A stretch of DNA of 64,000 nt from Nitrospiraceae bacterium (GTDB taxonomy: Bacteria; Nitrospirota; Nitrospiria; Nitrospirales; UBA2166): contig PBSN01000008.1 in assembly GCA_002726235.1 (NCBI GenBank), positions 386,635 through 450,634 of the forward strand, given 5' to 3'. The notes under the pieces were generated by a model that saw nothing but the letters and a program-made list of their open reading frames with translations, was not told where the DNA came from and ran no database searches. Positions 56,427 to 64,000 of the stretch are shown here, piece after piece; the first letter of the stretch is position 1, and every line of letters begins with the position of its first letter. The translations under genes and the position numbers were made by a program.

Positions 56427-58841
56427 ATGGCTATCCACCCCCTTTCAGATCAGGAATCATCCGCGACATACGAAGTCGATATCCCTGACCTTCTACCTTT
56501 GCTACCTGTCCGAGACATCGTTGTCTTCCCACATATGCTCGTTCCACTTTTTGTTGGCCGAGAAATGTCGATGCGAGCAATTGAACACGCGCTCTCGGCA
56601 AACAGACTAATGTTTATTGCGGCACAACGATCGCGAGACCTCGAAGACCCGAAACCCAACGATATCCATACCGTAGGAACGTGTGTCACCATCATGCGCA
56701 TGCTCAGGCTTCCCGATGAACGAATCAAAATCCTCGTACAAGGACTGACCAAGGCCAAGATTACCAAATATGTACAGGAAGGTTCGTTTTATCAGGTAAA
56801 GATTACCAAACTCATTGACTCTAAGGTAACAGGATCACACGCCATTGAAGTCGAAGCAGTGATGCGCACGGTGAAGGAACAGCTCGAGCAAATAGCAAGC
56901 CTCGGAAAAGCTATCACGCCAGATGTTATTGCCATGATTGAGGGGATAGAGGATCCAGGTCGCCTAGCAGATATGGCCACAGCCAATCTTGGATTAAAAG
57001 TCCAGGAAACGCAGGAAGTTCTTGAGACCATCAATCCACTTGCACGACTAAAACGGGTAAGTGAACTCCTAAGGAAAGAGATCAAACTGCTATCGATGCA
57101 ACAAAAAATCCATGCCGATGCTAAAGGTGAAATCGACAAGACACAACGAGAATACTTCCTTCGAGAGCAGTTGAAAGCCATCCAAAAAGAGTTAGGCGAG
57201 TTGGATGAACGTGCGGGGGAAATTTATGAATTCAGGGAACGCATCAAGGCCGCAGCAATGCCGGAGCACGTACTCAAAGAAACAGAAAAGCAACTGAAAC
57301 GCCTAGAAAAAATGCATCCTGACACTGCCGAAGCTACAACTGTCCGCACCTATCTCGAATGGATGGTTGATATTCCCTGGAGCACAAGCACTAAAGACCG
57401 CCTCAATCTCAAAGTCGCCGCGGCAATTCTCAATAACGACCATTACGATCTAGAAAAGGTCAAGGAACGCATTCTGGAATACCTGGCGGTTCGCAAACTC
57501 GGGGCAAAGATGAAAGGCCAAATTCTCTGTTTCGTTGGCCCTCCTGGGGTTGGAAAAACCTCTCTTGGTAAATCCATCGCACGCGTACTCGGGCGTGAAT
57601 TTGTCCGCATTTCTTTAGGTGGAGTTCGCGATGAAGCCGAAATTCGAGGCCATCGACGCACATACGTGGGGGCCTTACCTGGGCGGATCATTCAGGGTCT
57701 AAAACAGGCGAAATCAAATAACCCTCTGTTCATGCTCGATGAGATCGATAAGCTTGGCGCAGATTTTCGTGGAGATCCATCCGCGGCACTCTTGGAAGTG
57801 CTCGATCCTGAACAAAATCATTCATTCAGCGACCATTACCTCGGCGTTTCATTTGACCTTTCAAACGTAATGTTCATCACAACCGCCAATCTTGTTGACC
57901 CAATTCTTCCTGCATTGCGTGACCGCATGGAGACGATCGAAATTGCTGGCTATTCCCAAGAGGAAAAAATCGGCATCGCCAAGCGCTTTCTAATCCCCAG
58001 GCAACTCGAAGAACATGGGATCACAAAAAAACACATTAAGATTTCGGATGCTGTACTTCGAAATATCATTGCGCACTACACTCGCGAAGCTGGGGTGCGA
58101 AACTTGGAACGTTCTCTCGCAGCCCTGATGCGAAAAGTTGCCAAACATCTCGCAAGTGGCCGACGCAAGCTACACTCGATCACCCCCAACGTCCTACACA
58201 ATTATCTTGGCGTCCCCAGATTCACACTCGAGTCCGACCAAAAAAAGGGGGAAGTTGGGGTGGCTACTGGGCTTGCTTGGACCGAAGCAGGAGGAGAGAT
58301 CCTTCAAGTCGAGGCGACGGTGATGAAGGGAAAGGGAGCCCTCACCCTGACAGGACAGCTCGGCGATGTGATGAAAGAGTCCGCACAAGCCGCACTAAGT
58401 TACATTCGCTCACGCGGAAGCCACTTTGCTCTCGAAGAGAACGTCTTCTCGGAAATCGACATTCATCTGCACGTACCTGCAGGCGCCATTCCTAAGGATG
58501 GGCCATCGGCCGGCATCACATTGGCATCCGCTTTAACCTCAGCATTGACAAACATTCCTGTCCGACACAACATCGCCATGACTGGTGAAGTGACATTGCG
58601 TGGACGTGTCCTGCCTGTTGGAGGCCTCAAAGAAAAGCTTCTCGCTGCACGCCGAGAGAAATTATCTCGTGTTATTCTACCCAAACGAAATCGGAAGGAT
58701 TTTGATGACATTCCAAAGCATCTTCTGCGCGGAATGCATTTCGTCTTCGCAGAAACTATGGATGATGTCCTTCGTGCTTCTCTCCGTTCCATGAACTTTA
58801 AGCCAACTACCCGGGTTCGAGGACCCCGCAAGCCTCTCTAG
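56427..58841 (+). CDS. lon: ATP-dependent Lon protease
   Basis: LON-N domain, GPPGVGKTS, RTYVGALPG, DEIDK, PKDGPSAG (Ser), GGLKEK (Lys). Confidence 0.98.
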   Translation: MAIHPLSDQESSATYEVDIPDLLPLLPVRDIVVFPHMLVPLFVGREMSMRAIEHALSANRLMFIAAQRSRDLEDPKPNDIHTVGTCVTIMRMLRLPDERIKILVQGLTKAKITKYVQEGSFYQVKITKLIDSKVTGSHAIEVEAVMRTVKEQLEQIASLGKAITPDVIAMIEGIEDPGRLADMATANLGLKVQETQEVLETINPLARLKRVSELLRKEIKLLSMQQKIHADAKGEIDKTQREYFLREQLKAIQKELGELDERAGEIYEFRERIKAAAMPEHVLKETEKQLKRLEKMHPDTAEATTVRTYLEWMVDIPWSTSTKDRLNLKVAAAILNNDHYDLEKVKERILEYLAVRKLGAKMKGQILCFVGPPGVGKTSLGKSIARVLGREFVRISLGGVRDEAEIRGHRRTYVGALPGRIIQGLKQAKSNNPLFMLDEIDKLGADFRGDPSAALLEVLDPEQNHSFSDHYLGVSFDLSNVMFITTANLVDPILPALRDRMETIEIAGYSQEEKIGIAKRFLIPRQLEEHGITKKHIKISDAVLRNIIAHYTREAGVRNLERSLAALMRKVAKHLASGRRKLHSITPNVLHNYLGVPRFTLESDQKKGEVGVATGLAWTEAGGEILQVEATVMKGKGALTLTGQLGDVMKESAQAALSYIRSRGSHFALEENVFSEIDIHLHVPAGAIPKDGPSAGITLASALTSALTNIPVRHNIAMTGEVTLRGRVLPVGGLKEKLLAARREKLSRVILPKRNRKDFDDIPKHLLRGMHFVFAETMDDVLRASLRSMNFKPTTRVRGPRKPL

Positions 58842-59855
58842 ATGCCCTCGCCAAATCGACTCGAAGAATTCGCACTGATCCAGCGTATCGCGAAGCGGTT
58901 TGGAGGACTTCAAAATCACACCATCGTCGGAATCGGCGACGATTGTGCGGTCACACAACCCAATTCGAAAAACCTACAGCTGATTACGACGGATCTCCTA
59001 GTCGAGGATGTTCACTTCAATCGACGCTTCACAAACTCTCGTGATATTGGCTACAAGGCAATGGTCGCAAACCTCAGCGATATTGCCGCTATGGGAGGAG
59101 TTCCCCGGCAGTTTCTTGCTTCGATCGCGATTCCACCATCATTTTCCAGAAACGATGTGGACGCGCTGTATGAAGGAATGATGGAGCTAGGAAAGACAGC
59201 AGGCGTTGCCTTAATTGGGGGAGATACCTCCACAGCCAAGAAGCTCCTTCTTTCACTCACGTTAATCGGCGAGGTTAAACCTTCACACGTTGTCCAACGA
59301 ACCGGACTACGAGTCGGCGATGCGATTTTCGTTACCGGAACCTTAGGTGATTCCAATGCGGGACTTCGTATTCTTCAGACACCTCCCCGCAAACATGTTC
59401 CCCTCGCATGCCGAACATGGCTTTCCCAACGACACCTTCGCCCAACAGCTCGCCTTAATGCAGGACAACGACTGGCAAAATGTAAAATCGCCACGGCAAT
59501 GATTGACCTATCCGATGGATTAAGCGGGGACTTGGCTCACATATGCGAATTAAACGCTGTTGGAGCCACGATCAATATCACTCATCTCCCCATTTCTGAC
59601 GCATTACACACATACGCACATCACCTCGATAAACCAGCATACGAGATCGCGCTCCAAGGTGGAGAAGATTATGAACTCCTCTTTACCACCAGACCGGAAT
59701 CTCTTTCACGCATTAAACGGTGGAACACACATGGCCTTCTCGATGCATCCCATATCGGAACCATTACACCAAAACAGCAGGGGCTTCAAATGATCACACC
59801 AACAGGCTTAACCCGGCCCATACGCATCCAAAGCTATGAACACTTTCGTAGCTAG
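58842..59855 (+). CDS. thiL: Thiamine-monophosphate kinase
   Basis: EFALI, GIGDDCA, NLSDIAAMG, GGDT, DLSDGL, GGEDYEL. Confidence 0.96.
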   Translation: MPSPNRLEEFALIQRIAKRFGGLQNHTIVGIGDDCAVTQPNSKNLQLITTDLLVEDVHFNRRFTNSRDIGYKAMVANLSDIAAMGGVPRQFLASIAIPPSFSRNDVDALYEGMMELGKTAGVALIGGDTSTAKKLLLSLTLIGEVKPSHVVQRTGLRVGDAIFVTGTLGDSNAGLRILQTPPRKHVPLACRTWLSQRHLRPTARLNAGQRLAKCKIATAMIDLSDGLSGDLAHICELNAVGATINITHLPISDALHTYAHHLDKPAYEIALQGGEDYELLFTTRPESLSRIKRWNTHGLLDASHIGTITPKQQGLQMITPTGLTRPIRIQSYEHFRS

Positions 59856-59908
59856 ACGGGCTTAGACATTACGCCAAGCAAAGAGATGGGCAACAAGTAA
59901 GTACACCG

Positions 59909-61327
59909 ATGGACGCACCAGAAGACTCAGCACCCTCTCGTGCATACGATGGCCCAACTATGTACGATGGGCTCTCCCTCCTTGCCGATCCCATCCACAA
60001 GTATATTTCGCTTACCGTGCCCACTGCGTCATACCCTGAGGAAACGACAGAAAAAGATCTCATTGATTCCCTTTGGGTTCAGCGACTGCGTTCCATCTAC
60101 CAGCTGCAAAGTACGCGTTGGGTCTATCCTTCTGCCGAACACAGCAGATTTCAACATTCGATTGGTGCGATGCATGTTGCAGGCCTCTTTGCCCGTCATC
60201 TCTACCCATCATTAAAACAAACGTTTCCTGATCTCCCCTCCCCCTACTACGTTGAAGAGCTCTTACGAATTGCGGCTTTGCTCCATGACATTGGACACGG
60301 TCCATTTTGCCATTTCTTTGACCAAAACATCCTAGCTCCGTTTCACCTCACGCATGAACAGATCGGTCAAACAATCATCACAGACCAACTTGGAGATTTG
60401 ATTAAAACCTTATCGCGAAGCCCTCATGCTCCCTTCTTACCAGGAGAAACAATTGACCCATCACATATTGCTTTTCTCATTCTCAAAGACCCCACCAAGA
60501 GCACTGAAAACTATCCGCAATGGCTGAACGCCCTTCAGCCAATTCTCGGTGGAGTCTATACCGCCGACAACTTGGATTATGTCCTCCGAGATGCCTATAT
60601 GTGTGGAATCGCGATCGGTCCGGTCGACCTCACTAGGATTATCCACTATACGTTTATAACACCGCGGGGTTTAACTATTCATAAGGCCGGCATTCCAGCA
60701 CTTCAAATGTTTCTGAATGCTCGCTTGTATCTCTATTCAAATGTCTACTACCATCGAACGACCCGAGCAATTGACATTCATCTTCGTGATATTTTCAGAG
60801 AAACAATGCAGGTTATTTTCCCACACCACCCACTCGAGAACCTTGATAAATATTTATTTCTGACAGACACGGCACTCCTTGAAACTGTACGCCAATGGCC
60901 CCTCTCCTCCGATCCAACGAAACAACGACTCGGGAATGAATGGCATCGAGTGTTGTACCGGAAACCAAAATGGAAAACGGCATATGAGATGAACCTTCCT
61001 GCTCGTAATTATCAATGGGGATACCAAACATTTGATACCGAATATTTCGAACGGCAGGTCAGAGCATTTCTCCCAGATGCCTTGAAAAACATTGAATTCA
61101 GAGTTGATATGGCCAACAAAGACGGACGCCCAGTCAACCCATTGAATATGGGAAATTTTCAGATCTATGTGTATGATCCATCGACAAAAACGGTCTCGAC
61201 GGAAGCCCTCAAAGATAGCTTGGATTACATCCCATCGCACATTGCTCACTTGAGGATCTTTGCGCTCAACCACGATGCTGATACCGAGCTTTCATACGCG
61301 GCAAAGGCAGCTCTAGACTTCCTCTAG
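59909..61327 (+). CDS. HD-domain phosphohydrolase (dNTP triphosphohydrolase-like)
   Basis: DPIH, QRLRSIYQL, EHSRFQHSIG, LLHDIGHGPFCH, ADNLDY, VYYH. Confidence 0.88.
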   Translation: MDAPEDSAPSRAYDGPTMYDGLSLLADPIHKYISLTVPTASYPEETTEKDLIDSLWVQRLRSIYQLQSTRWVYPSAEHSRFQHSIGAMHVAGLFARHLYPSLKQTFPDLPSPYYVEELLRIAALLHDIGHGPFCHFFDQNILAPFHLTHEQIGQTIITDQLGDLIKTLSRSPHAPFLPGETIDPSHIAFLILKDPTKSTENYPQWLNALQPILGGVYTADNLDYVLRDAYMCGIAIGPVDLTRIIHYTFITPRGLTIHKAGIPALQMFLNARLYLYSNVYYHRTTRAIDIHLRDIFRETMQVIFPHHPLENLDKYLFLTDTALLETVRQWPLSSDPTKQRLGNEWHRVLYRKPKWKTAYEMNLPARNYQWGYQTFDTEYFERQVRAFLPDALKNIEFRVDMANKDGRPVNPLNMGNFQIYVYDPSTKTVSTEALKDSLDYIPSHIAHLRIFALNHDADTELSYAAKAALDFL

Positions 61328-61404
61328 CATGATTCGTTCGTTGCGCCCACAGCCTAAGTTTGATACACTAAGCTTCTTCAAAATACGAAACCCCACGGAG
61401 TGCA

Positions 61405-61746
61405 ATGTTCGGAATTGGAATGCCAGAGCTTGTCATTGTTCTGTTAGTGGCCTTTTTGCTTTTCGGCCCACAGAAACTTCCTGAGCTAGGTCGATCAATT
61501 GGGAAAGCCATCAAAGGGTTTCGCAATGTCACCGACGACGTCAAGCAATCGATCGAGCCAGACCTTAATGCCGTTCAGCACGAGTTTACGACTCTTCAGG
61601 AAAACATTGCGACTTCGGCAAGCGAAGTTGAAAATAACCTTTCCTTGAATCCCACCGATAATGCCGCCAATCCCTCTGCAGATCTTAAGCTCGATACTGA
61701 TCTCGAATTGACACACACCCGCTCCGATCCCTCTAGGGACGCCTGA
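61405..61746 (+). CDS. tatA: Twin-arginine translocase TatA/TatB family subunit
   Basis: MFGIGMPEL, FGPQKLPELGRSIGKAIKGF. Confidence 0.85.
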   Translation: MFGIGMPELVIVLLVAFLLFGPQKLPELGRSIGKAIKGFRNVTDDVKQSIEPDLNAVQHEFTTLQENIATSASEVENNLSLNPTDNAANPSADLKLDTDLELTHTRSDPSRDA

Positions 61747-61788
61747 TAACCAAAAAAGTTGTACGAGTGCCTCACATAACTAATCTGC

Positions 61789-63282
61789 TTGTCTCAGATG
61801 CTCATCACCTCTCCTAACCACGGAACACGAAAAAATACGACCTTCCCTCTCAGGGTCGCGATGCTAGGCCTTGCACTTACGGTTACCCCTCTTCTCGTGC
61901 CAATCAGCCAAGCGGAGGAACATCCGTTACCACTGCGCGGCTTTTCCGATATCGTGAAAACCGTTAGCCCCGCAGTCGTATTCATCTCTTCGGAAGGAAG
62001 CGAAGTCGCCAAGAACGGGCCAGAAACACTCCCCCCTATGCCCAAACCGCCATTCCCCTTTCCTCCCGACGCACCATTCCCATTTCCATTTCAACCCCCA
62101 GAGCCAGCACCCCAAAAACGCTCGGGATCTGGAATCTTAATTAACCCAAGTGGCTACATCGTCACCAATAATCACGTTGTTGAAGGGGCAACTGAGGTCA
62201 CCGTCACACTTTCCGACAGGAGAGAACTTAAGGGAACCATTGCCGGAACAGACCCGCAGACAGACTTAGCTGTTGTTGTCATTCAAGGCGATGATCTCCC
62301 CGCAATGAAGTGGAGCGATTCTGACCAAGTCGATGTCGGTGATCTCGTTCTGGCTATTGGAAGTCCTTTCGGATTAACACAGACAGTCACAATGGGGATT
62401 ATCAGTGCACTTGGCCGCGGCAACGTTGGAATCACAGAGTATGAAGACTTCATTCAAACCGATGCCGCTATTAATCCAGGAAATTCTGGTGGCCCCCTAG
62501 TTAATATGGCCGGCAACCTGATCGGAATAAACACCGCAATCTTTTCCCGCACTGGAGGCTCGGAAGGCATTGGCTTTGCCATTCCAAGTAATATCGCGCA
62601 ACACATCGTCAATAGCTTAATCCAAACCGGAAGTGTCGTTCGCGGCTGGCTTGGAGTGTCTATCCAAGATATGACCCCTGCTCTCGCTGAAGCGTTTGGT
62701 CTTCAAACGATGAAAGGCGCGCTCATTGGCCAAATACTTGCTGATAGCCCTGCAGAGAAAGCTGGCCTTCAACAGGGAGACATCATCATTAGATACGCTG
62801 ATAAGCTGATTGACAACATGAGTCAGATCCGCAATGCCGCCGCGCAATCTCCGATAGGAAAGAGTGTCGATGTCACCGTTATCAGAGATGGACAAGTACA
62901 CACCCATCAGGTCATCGTTACGGTCCGACCGGCCGATCTCTCCGCAAGCGCTGGTTCATTTTCAGGAGAGAGCGAAAACCTTAATAATGTCTTGGCTAAT
63001 CTCCGTGTCCGAGATCTTGATCTTGAGACGTTAGAGCGTCTTGATCTTCCAAGCGACACCTCGGGTGTGCTAGTAGAAGCTGTGCGCCAAAACTCTCCGG
63101 CTGACCACGAGGGCATACGACACGGAGACATTATTCAGCAGATTCGATTTGCCGGCACACAGATGCAAATTACGAACATGACCGATTTCCGTGCTGCTGT
63201 GCGAACAATTGAGAAAGACGACATGATCATTCTGCTTATCCAGCGGCGGGGAAGCAACCTGTTTGTCCCACTTCAGCCCTAA
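61789..63282 (+). CDS. degP: Periplasmic serine protease, DegP/DegQ (Do) family, two PDZ domains
   Basis: TNNHVV, DPQTDLA, QTDAAINPGNSGG; two PDZ domains; signal peptide. Confidence 0.92.
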   Translation: MSQMLITSPNHGTRKNTTFPLRVAMLGLALTVTPLLVPISQAEEHPLPLRGFSDIVKTVSPAVVFISSEGSEVAKNGPETLPPMPKPPFPFPPDAPFPFPFQPPEPAPQKRSGSGILINPSGYIVTNNHVVEGATEVTVTLSDRRELKGTIAGTDPQTDLAVVVIQGDDLPAMKWSDSDQVDVGDLVLAIGSPFGLTQTVTMGIISALGRGNVGITEYEDFIQTDAAINPGNSGGPLVNMAGNLIGINTAIFSRTGGSEGIGFAIPSNIAQHIVNSLIQTGSVVRGWLGVSIQDMTPALAEAFGLQTMKGALIGQILADSPAEKAGLQQGDIIIRYADKLIDNMSQIRNAAAQSPIGKSVDVTVIRDGQVHTHQVIVTVRPADLSASAGSFSGESENLNNVLANLRVRDLDLETLERLDLPSDTSGVLVEAVRQNSPADHEGIRHGDIIQQIRFAGTQMQITNMTDFRAAVRTIEKDDMIILLIQRRGSNLFVPLQP

Positions 63283-63311
63283 CAAGATGGGTGCCCTCTA
63301 GAGACGACACC

Positions 63312-64000
63312 ATGCCATCGCCCAACTCTGAGCAATCCACATCCACTAGGTTTTTTCAACGGATCCACGACAAAATGTTTCCGTCCATTGATGACAAGAG
63401 GATGCCAATCCTTGTCCATCTGACGGAACTGCGAACACGGCTACTTCGCGCTGCAGTGATCATGAGCATTATCTTTCTAGGCGCCTTTTATTTCGCGCCA
63501 ACTCTTATGACATGGGTCCAAGCTCCTTTATATTCCTATTTCTCACCTTCAAAAATGACATGGGTTGCTTCGGGATTGTCGGACATCACATTTATCTTCC
63601 TCTCCCCGGCTGAAGCATTCTGGAACAGCATCAAAGTCGCAGCGGTTGTCGCAATTTTTATTGTCATGCCTTATGCCCTCTACGAACTATGGAAGTTTGC
63701 CGAGCCTGGCCTTCGTGTCCACGAGCGACGCTTTACGCTCCCCTTTGTCACGTTATGTAGTACCATGTTTTATCTTGGCATCTCGTTTTGTTACCTCGTC
63801 GTTCTTCCGTTTGCGCTCAACTTTCTCGTCGGATACGGCATCGATGCAGGATTTACCCCTCAGCTCTCAATTGGCATTTTCGTTGGCTTTAATTTGTGGC
63901 TACTACTTGTCTTCGGCCTGATTTTTGAACTGCCGATGCTGATGACATTACTGGCCAAGTTAGGGCTTGTAGATGCTCCTTGGCTCCGAAGGTATCGAAA
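63312..64000 (+). CDS. tatC: Twin-arginine translocase subunit TatC (runs off the window end)
   Basis: Own translation from ATG 63312: MPILVHLTELRTRL, SPAEAF, YELWKFAEPGL..HERR, FGLIFELP. Absent from the ORF track because there is no stop in the window. Confidence 0.93.
   Translation, partial: MPSPNSEQSTSTRFFQRIHDKMFPSIDDKRMPILVHLTELRTRLLRAAVIMSIIFLGAFYFAPTLMTWVQAPLYSYFSPSKMTWVASGLSDITFIFLSPAEAFWNSIKVAAVVAIFIVMPYALYELWKFAEPGLRVHERRFTLPFVTLCSTMFYLGISFCYLVVLPFALNFLVGYGIDAGFTPQLSIGIFVGFNLWLLLVFGLIFELPMLMTLLAKLGLVDAPWLRRYR

Noticed and set aside
63565..63921. 118-aa ORF near the window end
   Set aside because: Alternative frame inside tatC, which is open from 63312 to the edge.
1..64000. CRISPR arrays, tRNA/rRNA genes, transposases, integrases or prophage genes
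   Set aside because: None recognised. The repeats seen are protein-level propeller repeats and paralogous genes.

Overview
A gene-dense 64-kb chromosomal segment of a diderm (LPS-producing) bacterium. Gene order (bamA-skp-fabZ-lpxA-lpxI-oxidoreductase-lpxB-msbA-DUF374-waaA-lpxK, a waaF-gmhB fusion, lon-thiL) suggests Nitrospirota or a related deep-branching lineage; this is inference only. Five blocks: (1) purA, a cold-shock gene and lptF/lptG. (2) A 13-gene minus-strand cluster (4916-14827) of mostly exported redox proteins: three paralogous monoheme cytochromes with a SoxA/TsdA-type distal Cys motif, two paralogous diheme cytochromes c, a further monoheme cytochrome, a Tat-exported SoxY-like carrier that also keeps a full superoxide-reductase-type His4Cys ligand set, a SoxZ-like protein and three beta-propellers, with no SoxB/SoxCD in the window. 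This is the strongest candidate for an undescribed system. (3) An RpoH-type sigma factor and a surface-glycan island with Wzm/Wzt, seven sulfotransferases and two large exported proteins. (4) LPS core, lipid A and outer-membrane biogenesis genes, including a glycosyltransferase with an in-frame G12 tract and a globin+MscS insertion. (5) lon, thiL, an HD hydrolase, tatA/B, degP and a tatC cut by the window edge. No rRNA, tRNA, CRISPR array or transposase was recognised. All calls come from reading motifs by eye; no database searches were run.
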